Shown one piece after another: positions 12,279 through 24,970 of a stretch of DNA of 64,000 nt. Where the stretch lies: the NCBI RefSeq assembly GCF_018977255.1, contig NW_024704742.1, positions 111,416,001 to 111,480,000 of the forward strand. The letters run 5' to 3'. A model generated the notes under the pieces. It was not told the DNA's origin and did not search any database. It worked only from the letters and a program-made list of their open reading frames with translations. How positions within the stretch are numbered: position 1 is the stretch's first letter; every line of letters begins with the position of its first letter. Source of the stretch: Callorhinchus milii. Taxonomy: Eukaryota. Both the position numbers and the translations under genes were made by a program.

Positions 12279-12679
12279 AGAAAGAAAACAGTGTGAAGAA
12301 ATCATGTGGGCACCAACATTGTGTTTTTCCCACTTTTTGAAGGAATATCGAGGAGAGCCAGTTAGTGTGAATATTGCTAACATATAAAACGGCTGCTTCT
12401 CCAAATATAAAAATCACACCTATATTACTACCAATTTGTTTATTACATATATATATACTGTATATAGTGATCTAACGTTTCATCACATTTTACCACGGGT
12501 GTTATAGTATAGCTGCTGTCGGTTTTACTGTGCACCTGTGGCCTTTCAATAATGAGCTCTTCCAGGCCTACTGTAAAGATTTACAGTTCTCATTGAAAGA
12601 TGTTAACAATGCAGGGGACCATAGATATTGATAGAATATTCTTAACACCCTCCTCTACTCTAAAGAAAATACCATTTAA

Positions 12680-13130
12680 TAATCCTTATAATTGATGTAG
12701 CGCCTTCCACATCAGGCAGTCACATGGTACTTCACTCGAGTTACTGTAAAATGTAATGACTGTACATTTGTAGACAAACATCGCATACAATTTGTACACA
12801 GCAATGTCCCAGAAACAAACCATGAAGCAAATGACCAATTTTGTCTGAAGGAATGGTTGGGTACTGGGAGAAACTACTTTCTGATGAAGGTTCACACCAG
12901 TGACCTTGTCCATCCAACAACAATAACAACCAAACATGATAGCCAAATTGCACACAGCATTATGCCACAAACAGCCATGAAGTGAGTGATTAATTTTAAC
13001 TGGGGGATTGTTGTCCACTATACCAGGAGAATTTTTTTCAAATAATTCCACGGGATCTTTAGCATTCCACCTAAACAGGCAGACAGGACCTTGGTTTAAA
13101 ATTTCATCCAAAGGATGGAACCTCCAACAA
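12680..13130 (-). mobile_element. Two adjacent or nested Deu-SINE fragments
   Basis: The block CAAATTGCACACAGCA...AAACAGCCATGAAG occurs twice (near 12790 and 12945). Confidence 0.8.
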
Positions 13131-13534
13131 TACAACACAACAACAACTACAACAACTTGCAGTTATATAGCACTCTCCATGCAGGGTAGTGTCTCAAAAC
13201 GCTTAACAGTGGCAGAGCCTGACTCCGAGCCGGGGGTTTCCGGAGTTTTGGGGCGTAGTGGCTGAATCTAACTGCTCTGTTCAGATAAATAATTTCATTT
13301 AAGTACATTTTTTAATGTTTATATAACAAACACTTGTTGCTTAAAACCCACTTAGTGGAGTTGGCTTCCAGATAAAGACTGCATTTAAGAAATTTCCACA
13401 ATTCTGCACAATAATAATAAACTTTACATTTGGTCTAGCACTTTTCAAATCAAGAGGATATCCCGAAATGCTTCACAGGTTATACCCTGAAGTGTAGTGA
13501 CTGTGTGTTTTGTGGACACATACAATCTTAAAAG

Positions 13535-14028
13535 TCGAGTCCTACCTCCCTCGCGTTCTTACCCGTACCAAACTCCGTTCCCCGATTACCCCAGTCCTCA
13601 CCAGACTGCACTGGCTGCCTGTTCCAGCGAGGATCGATTTCAAGATCCTCACCGTTGTCTTCAAATCTCTCCACTCCTCCGCGCCCCCCTACCTCTCTGA
13701 CCTCCTCTCTCCTCAAACCAGTGCCCATTGCCTTAGTTCCACTGGGTCTGGCCTCCTCCTTGTCCCCCGAGTCCTCCGCTCCACCCTCAGCAGCTGCGCC
13801 TTCAGACACTATGCCCCGAGGCTCTGGAACTCCCTTCCTTACTCCCATCGCCTCGTCCCCTCTCTTCTTCTTTCAGTTCTCGGCTGAAAACTTTTCTTTT
13901 CAACCACGCCTTTGGTCACCTTCCTCCCCCTCCCCCTGGCTCGGCCCTGGGATCCATTACTGTGAAGCGCTCTGAGACGCCGTCCGGCGTGGAGGGCATA
14001 TATATAAATCCAAGTTGTTCTTGTTGCT
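13535..14028 (+). mobile_element. L2 LINE 3' fragment (second L2 family)
   Basis: ORF RVLTRTKLRSPITPVLTRLHWLPVPARIDFKIL...APRLWNSLP; tail ATAAATCCAAGTTGTT. Confidence 0.92.
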
Positions 14029-15039
14029 GTAAAAGGTAAGACAAACGTGTTCATGCAGACTTAAAGTGGGTGGAATTCTTGACTTTTGTTTTTTTTCACC
14101 CAGCAATGGGTGTCCACTAATAGTACTCAACACTCCTGAATGGCAAGGAAACTTGTTAATAATCTTTTGTGAGTTGTCCTGAAAACAAGTATTGTTCGCA
14201 TGAATGGTGATGCTGCAGTCAGCTGGGTCAGCATTGTCTACAATCCCAGCAGCTGGATAGAATCATGAAGAACAGCAAAACACAACAGATATAGGCTGAA
14301 CAGGAAAAGTGGCTCTAATACTTATCAGACTTAAAAATAGAGAAAAAAACCAAAGCGCGTACCATGTGTGAACGTCATGAAATGAAACAAAAATAAAAAA
14401 GTAGAAGTGGATGAGATCAGATCAGAGAGAAAAAAAGTTAATGGAAGAGAAATGGGTGGGGTGGTGGGGAGGGAAGAATCTTGTTCTGATACACAAAGTG
14501 ATTTTGTAGTTTCCATGGTTGCCAATTCCAACTGAAGCTTGCATTCATTTAAATTTCCATTGTCATTATAAATGGAACACGGCACATCATAATTTCTAGG
14601 AAAGAGTCTCATTTACAGTAAGTGCTAAATTAGATTGCCTCACGGGAGGAGAAATATGGATTTTGTAAATATGAAATGAAATAAAAGTAGCTAATAGGAT
14701 AACATATTTGCAACACTGAGCTCCATTTTGTAGAAAAATGTGTAACTGGTCTTCTTATGAGAATTGAAGCTCTCTTCTTACACTTTGTTAACAAGTAATG
14801 TACATAACAAACCTTCTTGAGAGAAAATAATCGGGTAACCAGGGATTTTCATAGATGAGATCATTTGAGCTAAATTGCTCAGGACTAAGTTCGGTTGTTT
14901 TAATTTTCTTTAGAAATTATATTGAAATCGCTAAGTAATTGACTAATTATGACTCAAGGCTGGATGTATCTTAAACAGGAAAAAAAACTCTCTAAAATCC
15001 AGTGGAGATGATTATTTTAAAGTGACAATATTATAAACC

Positions 15040-15638
15040 GTTCATTAAATATAGCGCTTTAGCATGTTGTCGATACGTCTCAAAGTGCTTTACAGGACTT
15101 ATTTTTGAATGTGTATTTGTAGGAGAATACAACAGCCATTTGTGCAATGTCCCGCAAACAGCCATGAAGTGAGTGACCAATTTTTTGGGGGGGATTGTTA
15201 GCCAGGACACTGGGAGAAATAATGCCATAGATTTTTAAAGTCCATTTGAACAGACAGACGGGATGGGACCTTGGTTTAATATCTCGTCTGAAGGACAGCA
15301 CCTCCAACAATGCAGTGCACCCCAGAACTATACTGGAGTATCAGTCTGAATTCTGTTGGAGAATAACATAATTCTGTTGTTCTGTTCTCCACACCAGGAG
15401 AAACTCCTTTCTCTTCAAATAGTGCCATGGAATCTTTAACGTCCATCTGAACAGGCAGATGGGATCTTGATTTAACATCTCATTCGAAGGATGGCACCTC
15501 TGACAATGCAACACATCCTCAGTACTGCATTGAAATGTCAGCTTTCGGCTATGTGAATCCAAGTATTGATGTATAGCTTGAACCCACAATCTTCTGACTT
15601 TAAAGGCAAGAATGCTTCCACTCAGCCAGGCTGACACA
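15040..15638 (-). mobile_element. Two tandem SINE family B pieces (15040-15345 and 15390-15638)
   Basis: Deu domain present twice; head GTGTCAGCCTGGCTGAGTGG at 15638 on the minus strand. Confidence 0.82.
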
Positions 15639-15654
15639 CAGTATATATTTTCCC

Positions 15655-16640
15655 CCAAATATCTTAATGATCTGGATTTGCAGACCCAATGTCAGATAAT
15701 TAAATTTACAGTTGACACCAAGTTGGGGGGATCTGTAGAATCAAAGGAAGCAGCAACGAACTTGATAGTGTATGCACATGGGTTGATAACTGCCGAATGA
15801 AGTTTAATGTAGATAAATGCAAGCTACTATCAAAAGAAAGTAAAAATAGGAAACATATGTACTCCATGGATGGGATAGAACTTGTCAAGCGGGAAACTGA
15901 AAGAGATGTAGGGGTGTTAGTTGTCTCGTTGCTCACTGCATCAAAACAACGTGAGGCAACAATAAACAAAGCAAACTGGATGCTGGACTATATTGCTAAA
16001 TTAGTTGAGTTAGATCCCTAGAAGTCATACTCAAGCTGCACAGCACTCTGGTCAGGTTGTACAGGGAGTGCTGTATATAGTTCTGGAAGCAATGACATAA
16101 GGGGACTGCCCAGTGACTAATGAAAGTGACTAAGAGGGGAATCTCACAGAGATGTCTAAAATTTTAAATCCAATTGAACAAGTAAACTTAGAACAATAAT
16201 TTAGGATTCAAGTCAATTGTTCCATGATTGTTGGAGTCCTGTAGAATAGTGGTTAGAGCACTTGCCTCGCACGCGACAGGACCTTAGACAAGTTTCCTCA
16301 CTTAATCCCTCGAAAAATAAACAATAATAATAATTTGGTCACTCAATCCATGATTCTTTGTGGGACACTGCTGTGCGCAATTGGCTGCCACATTTCGTCC
16401 ACAAAATCCACAGTCACTCTACTTTTACAGTATATTCTGTGAAGCGCTTTAAGACGTCTTGACGATGTGATAAGGTGCTATATCAAATGCAAGGGTTATT
16501 ATCATCATTATTGGGATTCACAAGGATAGTAGAAGAAGAGGATAGAGGTTTAGAATTTCAGGATGGATACCAGGAAGTTTTTCTTTACTCAGAGGGCAAT
16601 TAATGACTGGAACAAATTGCCAGGAAGAGTGGTTGATACA
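15655..16640 (+). mobile_element. Decayed CR1 LINE RT/3' region interrupted by a SINE
   Basis: YLNDLD...KFTVDTKLGG, MKFNVDKCK, ERDVGV, NKANWMLDYI; CR1 sequence resumes after 16515. Confidence 0.85.
16233..16512 (+). mobile_element. SINE family A, internally deleted, inserted in CR1
   Basis: GGAGTCCTGTAGAATAGTGGTTAGAGCAC head; standard family A tail. Confidence 0.88.
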
Positions 16641-17104
16641 CTTCATAGATAGTGTTATTGTTATGTTATGGTCTTCCCTACATATTTACTTTCTTCTGTT
16701 CCTTTTGATGGCCATGTTGCAGTAAATAAATAGGTGCAGAATATAAAGCAAAACTGGTTTGTACTATTTCTCCTCTTTAAATTCTGATATAAGACTCATA
16801 ACTGCCAAATGAAAATGTGAACAGATTAATCTTGATAAAACCAATCCTGTTGACCCTACAAACCTAAACCCGGACAGATAGGGTGTTCCCAGCTGGACCA
16901 AACAACAGGAAACATATCAGGCAGTACTCATGGCAAAAATGTCTCAAAGTGCTTTTTCTGTAAAGTGTAGTGGCTGTTATTTGTATTTCTGTAAGAATAT
17001 TGGATGAATTCTTCAATGTCTTCAATGTTTTAGAAATTTGATAATTGCGTATTTTTCTTATTAAGAAATCAGTTAAGAAATAGTGTGAATGAAACCATTC
17101 TACT

Positions 17105-17310
17105 GGAACCCAATTGTTAGTCGATTGGCGGATCGTTTTGTGGGGGTAATAATCTCTTCAAAAGAAATAAACGTTTGTGGGACACTGCTTGGCTGCCACA
17201 TTTCACCCAAAAACTACACTTTACTCTGAGTGTATCCTGTGAAGCGCTTTGAGTCGGCTTGAAGATGTGATAAAGAACTATATCAAATGCAAGGATTATT
17301 ATTATTATTA
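17105..17310 (+). mobile_element. SINE family A, 5' truncated
   Basis: GGAACCCAATTGTTAGTCGATTGGCGGATC...GTGAAGCGCTTT...AAATGCAAGGATTATTATT. Confidence 0.85.
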
Positions 17311-18241
17311 CTCTACAGAGATAAAATAAAGAACTGCAACTTGTGTCATGCTTATGATTGCATTGAAGTGCAGCTTAATTACAGTGTCAATTTCTGTCAG
17401 TCTGGGAGGCTGAAATATACATCACAGATTCTATATCGATGCCATTTATACACACTTATCATACACACCCACACATTACAGTTCTCAATCTCATTTCATT
17501 TGTCATAAATCCATTATTCAATCATGTACTATAAACCTAGATATGAGACTCTTATGGGGCCCAGGGGCTCAGTCCTTCAGCATCCATCCATCCAGTGAAG
17601 AAGTTAATGATACAATGGGGAGAGTTTTCATTTGAAACACAGCTGAATGTTTAGTCAGGTGACCTATATACAACATTTGGTGCATTAGCAATAAATGGAA
17701 ACCTGTCTGCTTCTACTGAAACTTCTCAGTCACATTTCTGACTGCATACAGACTTAATGTCTGTCAGTTCGGGTCAGTTTTGAGTGACTATATTTGTGTG
17801 TAGTTACTTTTGATGGAAACCTTATAGTCGGAAACTACCACTTGCTAAATACTTTTTTTGTTGAAGAGTTGATTTTGTAGGCTCACTGAGCCATTGGTGA
17901 TTATTCGGGTCCTGTGATACTTTTCTGACTGAAAGCACACATTATGCCAACACTGAGGTTGTTAGCATTAGTGCCAGTCAACCATAAAGCACATCAAAGA
18001 CTATATTCACCAAAATTACTTGAAACTTTGCAACTGAAACTGCAACATGACAAGCATGCATATTAAACATATATAAACATAAATATTTAAAATATTTAAC
18101 GTTTGGTAGACCCTGACTACTACCTTTGCTCACCTTTAACATGTTAACATTGAAGCAGCTTTCCAAAAGATTTCCTTTACTAAACCACTCAGTAAAAAAC
18201 CCATAAAACCCATTTGTTTGTCTATCCGCACTGAAAATACT

Positions 18242-18405
18242 AATGATAATATTCCTAGCATTTGATATAATTCCTTATCACGTCTTCAAGACGTCTCAAA
18301 GCGCTTCACAGAATATACTGTAAAGTCAATTGACTGTATATTTTGCGGCAGCCAATTGCGCACAACAGAGTCCAACAAACAGTTGTGGATTGAGTGACCA
18401 AATTC
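18242..18405 (-). mobile_element. SINE family A 3' half
   Basis: CTCAAAGCGCTTCACAGAATATACTGTAAAGT...GCAGCCAATTGCGCAC. Confidence 0.85.
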
Positions 18406-19689
18406 TTCTTATTAAAGAAGAACTAAAAGCTAAATTTAAACAATCTGTAATTTTACAAAAAAAACTGCTTTTTGGGGAGCAATTTTTGTGTAATTGGTGT
18501 GGTGAAAAATGTGGCGAGTGATGTGCTAATTATTACTGACAATAACTGTGATCCAGACCTATCTTTACTAATCAACACAATTCGAAGTGTGAATGGATAC
18601 TCCCTCCTGACTTCAGTACAATGGTTTGGCCTGAAGCTGCCATGAGATAGCCAAATTCGACTGCGCCTTTCAATCCCACTGCACGAATTACCCTTGTATA
18701 CAAGCGCTATGGGACGCTACCCTAGGTGAGGAGCACTATATAAACGCAAGTTGTTGTTGTATCTCAATCAGGTTTGGATTGTACTTTTGGATGATGTGAT
18801 CACATGCCACATTTTCCTCCCAGATATCTATACTGGGAAGTACTGTGATCTCCTTTGACCCTTCTGTAACCTATTGAGATGAAGATACTGTTCATACCCA
18901 CGGTAGAGTTCTCAAAGAGGATTCTATTGTCACCAGTATCAACAAGTGTCAAAATTACTGTAAATCCACATTGATGTTTTTAAATTGGTGTGCTTTTTGT
19001 TATGTTATTTGGAGTCTATATTAGCAAAACAGCTCACTCACTCTCCATTGAAGTGGTAATACACAAGTGAAAAATAAACAGTAAAATAGATGTGTTGGTA
19101 TCTGTGGTCAGAGTTCTAGCATGAACTTTGAAGGTCACTGAAGATTCAAAATAAACAGAATATCTTCCAAGGTACTGTCAATCTTTTCATCTGTGTGAAA
19201 GAATGGTATAGATCATCACACACAAGTTACGCATTTTAGAAATTTCCCAGTGTAATTTACTCCTATTGCGTAATGTCTAATTTCCTATGGGTTTACGAAT
19301 CAGTAAAAAGAAAATGCATTTGTTTAAGTTCCCGAAGGAAATTTCTTTATAAAATACTTTTTAATGAAAAAAATTATTTCTTCCCTTAGTGAGTTTTGCT
19401 GATCCACATATCTTCTCTGATGTAATGGTTCAAGTCCTGCTCTTAGGATTTCAATGAGTCTCTCATGCCAGTCTCTCCTCAGTGCTTTACAATGAGGATG
19501 TGATTGAGATTGTGAATTCACACTATGGGGATCTCAGGTGTAAACCTGGCCCATACCATGACCAGCGACTCCAATACATGGTTACGTTCTCTCCGTCCAA
19601 TAATAATAATAACAATAATTTAACTTTGGATTTTACTTATTCATATCAGTGAATGAATAACTAGAGGGCATACATTTAAGATCTTTACC

Positions 19690-21345
19690 ATGAAGAGGAG
19701 GTTTGGAAAATGGACGAGGAGGAGGCCAGACCCGGAGGAACGAAGGCAATGGATACTGTTTTGAGGGGAGAGGAGGTCAAAGAGATAGGGGCTGCAGAGG
19801 AGTGCAGGGACTTGAATACAAGGGTGAGGATCTTGAAATCGATCCTCTCTGGGATAGGCAGCCAGTGCAGTCTAGCAAGGACTGGGGTAATCGGGGAGCG
19901 GAGTTTGGTGCGGGTGAGAATGCGGGCGGCAGAGTTTTGAATGATTTGGATTTTATGGATGGTAATGGATGGGAGACTGGCAAGGAGGGTGTTAGAGCAG
20001 TCCAGCCGAGTGGTGACAAAGGCATGGACCAGGGTTTCAGCAGCTTTTGGGGAGAGGTATTGGCTGAGACGGGCGATGTGTTGGAGGTGGAAGAAAGCAG
20101 TGCTGGTGAGGGAATGGATGTGGGTAGGAAGGATAATGGGAGTTGAACCTCATGCCTAGATTGCGTACAGATTCGGAGAGTTTTAGGGGGAGGTCGGGTA
20201 GGTGGAGGAGGTGAGAGCCATGAGATTTTAGAGATTGACGAGAGCCAAAGAGTATCGCTTCCGTCTTGTCAACGTTCAGCTGAAGGAAATTTGCGCTCAT
20301 CCAACCCCTGAGATCTGACAGGCAGGCTGACAGAACATCAGGGGACTGGAGGTCGCAAAGAGATGTGGAAAAGTAGAGTTGGGTGTCGTCTGCATACATG
20401 TGGAAGTGTACCACATGTCTGCGGATGACATGCCCAAGAGGGAGCATATAGATCAGAAAGAGGAGGGGCCAAGGATGGATCCTTGGGGTACACCGCAGGT
20501 AGCCGGGTGAGAGCGGGGGGACAAGCCGTTTGTGCAGATGTACTGCTGGCACTTTGTAAGTTAGGACTCGAACCAGGCGAGTGCGGTCCCATTGAGATGG
20601 ATGACAGAGGAAGGGCAGTGGAGGGGGATGGCATGGTCGACTGTGTCGAACGCTGCAGAGAGATCCAGGAGGACAAGGAGGCAGAGGGGGCCCTGGTCAC
20701 AGATAGAGTGGATGTCATTTGTGACTTTCACAAGCGCAGTCTCTGTGCTGTAGGCAGAGCGGAAACCGGACTGGAGGGGTTCGAAGAGGGAGTGAGAGGA
20801 GAGGTGTGCGCGAAGTTGGTTGGCAACAACGTGTTCTAGTACTTTTGAGAGGAAGGGCAGGTTAGAAATAGGATGGTAATGGCTGGGGCTTGAGTGATCT
20901 AGGGAGGGTTTTTTCAGGAGGGGGATGATGACAGCAGTTTTGAGGGAGGCAGGGACTGATCTGGAGGAGAGGGACTGGGTGATGACGTCAGCCAATAGTG
21001 GGCAGGGAGCTGGGTGACCAGTAAGTTGGTGGGAAGGGGGTCGAGACAGCAGGTGGTGGGTTTCATGGAGGTGATGGTGGGTGAGAGGGAGAGATGGGGA
21101 GGAAGGAATGTAGAATGGGGGTGGTGGTAGGAGCAGACGATGAGGAACGTAAGTGGGACAAAGAGGGCGTGGTGGTGGGTGACAAGGGGCAGGTGGATGA
21201 GGCTGCCTGGCGGATGTTAAGTATTTTAGATGAAAGGAAGTCCATGACCTCCTCGCACTTGGCATTTGATACGAAGATTGAGGAGGCCTGAGGGGGGGCA
21301 TGGAGGAGATAGTGGGTGGTGGATTTGAAAGTATTTGAGGCAAGT
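19690..21345 (-). mobile_element. L2 LINE ORF2 fragment covering the RT domain, frameshifted
   Basis: LKKPSLD...PISNLPFLSKVLE...LQSGFRSAYSTETALVKVTNDI...LLDLSAAFDTVDH, then [10 protein letters not shown]...FLQLNVDKTE. Confidence 0.95.
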
Positions 21346-21349
21346 ATTT

Positions 21350-21480
21350 GAAAAGGAAAAGGTAAAAGATTATCAGAAAAGGAGGGGAATGGGACTAAAT
21401 AGATTACTTTTTTAGAGCCAGAATAGGTATAATAGGCTAAATTACTTACTTACGTTCTGTAAAATTCTGTGATTCTATTG
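21350..21480 (+). mobile_element. CR1 3' end relic
   Basis: GGGGAATGGGACTAAATAG...TTCTGTAAAATTCTGTGATTCTA. Confidence 0.6.
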
Positions 21481-23040
21481 GCACCAGACTACTGAATTCT
21501 TAAAAAGGTCTGCAGAAAAGCAGCTTCAAAATGAAGACTCAATTTTCCAAAATTTTCAACAATCTTAAATTAAATCAAGATAAGATTTAATCTTAAATTA
21601 AATCAAGATAATAGTCTTGAGGCTAAGTTGGGCTGCTGGATCCAAAATCACTTGAGTAGTAACCATTAGATATGAATAGTGACTCACATTGAGTAAAGCC
21701 TGAAGAAAAGAAGAGACTTCCACAAGTTACCGGAACAGTTGGTCCAGGCATTCTTTGTAGAGACTGAGGACTTTTTCTGTTCTTAGAGCTCAAAAGAGCA
21801 GAGGTAATGAAAAAAAGAATGTAGTAGTTTCCCCTTTGTATACAGTGTCTTCATATAGAGTAACTAATCCCAAAAGTATCCACTTTGAGGAAGTCAGAGG
21901 TTTAGAAGGTATTTTGCCCTGACCACAATGCTCAAACAACTTGTTGGTGCTGTGGTTAGCCCTTCAGTCAGTCTAGCAGGGGAATGAGCTTGACCTGCTC
22001 ATTACAATTACCTCCCTGCTGTCTTGCAAAGACCAGCTGCCAGACAGGACCAGAGTTACTCCTGGCTACATACAGACTGATAGCGGCCTTGTCCACCGCC
22101 TAACTCTGCCAGTGAGCAGTATCCCAGTACCCACTAGTTCCCTCTGATTTGTTTTTTGGGTCTTGGCAAAGGTCCCTCAACGACAGCATACCAAAGCTCA
22201 CTAGTGGAGGCAGCGTATATAGAGATTACTTGGCTTCAGTTAAAAGTACATAGTACATTAACGGGAGTGCACAACTTACTCAGGCATGATATTACCTCTG
22301 CAGTTCATCCATCCCATTCTCTCAGTCTAGTTCAGCATGTTTTCTCAGTACAATAAGTAACTTCACCTCGTAACAGTCGTCTCATTGAAAACAGTTAACA
22401 AGCTTTGATCAAATTTTGAAATCAAGTATGCCAGAGTTGGTAGAGACAGAATATTTTGCTTTTTTCTTTATATGACTTCAGAACAGGTTTCAGAACCGTT
22501 AGCAACCTTAAACATACAAACATCAACACATAACCATACAACTGTATATACTGGAAATGGAGTTTTGTTTGTTATAAAGACTCAGAACAGTGATAATAGT
22601 TTTTCTTACGAAAGCTACTTTTGTGTTGATTCTATCTAGAATTGTACACAAACTAAGTGACTAGTTTGTGTACAGCTCCTCAAGTCTAATGTTAAATAAA
22701 CTGAGGTGATCAACAATAATATACTAGAGATTTTTCCTATCAAGATCAAGAGACTTTCTTAGGATTAGGGTGTTTACATACAAGATCAAGGTCCTTTCAT
22801 CAAACTGATATATTCATTGCTAAACTGATGTTTACTAAAGCATGGGTGCCTTTGCTGTACAGTTTAAACTCAATTTACTGTATTTATTTAATATTTAATG
22901 TTGTGAGGATTTGGAAATATTGTATTGGCATAGTTTATTCACCATTTGTTCATTCATTTTTAAAAATATATATATATTTATTTGGAGAATATGATATATT
23001 TGGTACAACACAACAAACACAACATCTTTTGTTACAGAAG

Positions 23041-23306
23041 TGTTACGGACCCGGCTTGGTGGTGTGCACATGTATGTTTACCCTGTGTGCACTACCTGCA
23101 TGTGCACATGCTTCAGACACCACTGTTTGAGTGCTCTTGTCGGCCTTGGCTGGTTTCCTCTCCACCCAGTGTGCTCCACATGTGCACATGTTCCTCCCGT
23201 ATTCCCCGAAGAGTTCGCAATCCAAATATACAATAGGCTAAACAAGCCGTGGTTGCACTCTGCTGCTCGCCTACCCCCCCACTTTCTGGGGAGAGCTGGG
23301 CAAACA
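23041..23306. mobile_element. Possible solo-LTR-like element (TG...CA)
   Basis: Abrupt GC-richer block starting TGTTACGGACCC and ending near GGGCAAACA; no matching TSD found. Confidence 0.35.
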
Positions 23307-23309
23307 TAC

Positions 23310-24620
23310 GTTAATTTATCCAGATACAAATATTACATTCCTTACACGTTACATTTTTGCATGGATGCTGTTCTACACGGCAAGTGGCCCCTAATGTCGG
23401 CCTCCACGGGGTTGATACACTGGCGCATTGGGGTTTAGTGCTGATGTCAGCGAGGTCAGCGTAGGAGCGGCTCCGGTTGGGGTCAGGCTCCATCTGTCCT
23501 TTGCTGCGATGCGGAATTTCAGCGAGTACCTAAGCACATAGTACCTGATGGCGGAGCGTGTGAGCCTGCAGCAGGCCCTCTCCAACATGGTGCTGTGCTG
23601 GTGCACCACCTAGTTTCGGGTGACCACAAGGGCTGCCTTCACCGAGCTGATAATCCTCCAGGCACACTCGTTGTCACTCTTGCCGTGTGCCCCTGGGAAG
23701 AGGCCATACAGCACTGAGTGCCGTGACAGCGGGTCCCCAGGGACGAACCGTGAGAGCAGCCAGTCCATCTGTTTCCAGATGCCCTTTGTGTACTTGCACT
23801 CCAGGAGGAGGTGTTGACCCTCTCCTCGCCTCCACAGCCGACCCAAGGGCAGCATGTAGTGGCAGTGAGGCCCCTGCGGTGCAGGAAGGACTTGATGAGG
23901 AACGCCCTTTTCGTTATCATTTTTGTCAAGGCTAGTGATGAGGCATCCGGTCAGACTTGTCTGACAGTTACCCTAGGGTACCCACCCATCAGGTCCATCC
24001 CCTCCTGTTCTCTGACCATCCTCAGCAACACCCGCATGGACCACTGGGTGATCGCGCACAGGTTCACGATGTTGCGAGATATGAATCTCTCAATGAAGGA
24101 TAGATGTTTCGTCACACTCCAGCAGGCTTGGCCATTCTTAGGCAGTTCTGCCAGACCCATCCTTCTTATCAGGTAGAAAGCCAGCATGTAACGGCATTTG
24201 CTGCTGGTGTAGCAGGGCTCCAGGCACAGCCTCAGTCAGCTACACACAAAAGTGGCCATGAGGATCAGAGGCTACATCGGGGACACTCTTGCTCTCTTGT
24301 CCGGGCTCTTGAACAGTCAGGTCCTAAGGACTTTCTTCACCTTGGATCCCCAGACAAAGTGGAAGATTTCTGGGGTGAGCTTTGTGGCGCTGGACAATGG
24401 TTTGGGTCAGATTTGCGCCACGTACAGCAGCACTGAGAATGCTTTACACCTGATCTCTAGGTTTCTCCTGGTGATGGACAGTAAAAGCTGGCACCACATC
24501 CCCAGTTTCTTCCTCACCATCTCTAGATGCTCCTCCCAGCCTTTGCGCCCTGCCCCAATGACCCCAAACCAGATGCTAAGGACTTTGATGTAGTCTGGCC
24601 TGACTGCAAATAGAATACAC
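23310..24620 (-). mobile_element. Tx1-type (L1 group) LINE, ORF2 C-terminal part and 3' UTR, degenerate
   Basis: DYIKVLSIWFG...WEEHLEMVRKKLGMW...NLEIRCKAFSVLLYVAQI; CCHC knuckle CPWVGCGGEE...HLLLEC; CAWRIISSVKAALVVTRN. Confidence 0.85.
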
Positions 24621-24629
24621 GTGCAGTCA

Positions 24630-24815
24630 CACCAGTTAGCTAAATGAGATTGGTCATGCACTTCACGACTATTTGTGGGACACTGCTGTATGCGAATCGA
24701 CTGTTTCATTTGCCTACAAAATACACAGTCACTAACTTCACAGTAAAATCCTGTGTAGCGCTTTGAGATGACCTCTGTATATGAAAGGTGCTATAGAAAA
24801 TACAAGAATTACTAC
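24630..24815 (+). mobile_element. Deu-SINE 3' half
   Basis: ATTGGTCATGCACTTCACGACTATTTGTGGGACACTGCTGT...GTAGCGCTTTGAGA. Confidence 0.8.
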
Positions 24816-24829
24816 TATGAAAGAGAGAT

Positions 24830-24970
24830 ACGCAGATATTTGGGTAGTAGAGGTATGAAGGGATGACAAAAGGATGGGGCGTTGTGATTATAAGATCTGA
24901 TAAGATCTATTAAACAGGTAGCACAAGCTCAATGGACTGAATGGTTTCCTCCCATTCTTGTTTTCTCATG
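24830..24970 (+). mobile_element. CR1 3' end relic
   Basis: GCACAAGCTCAATGGACTGAATGGTTTCCTCCCATTCTTG; similar to 49245-49380. Confidence 0.6.

Noticed and set aside
21561..21611. 23-bp direct duplication AATCTTAAATTAAATCAAGATAA
   Set aside because: A simple slippage duplication in AT-rich DNA
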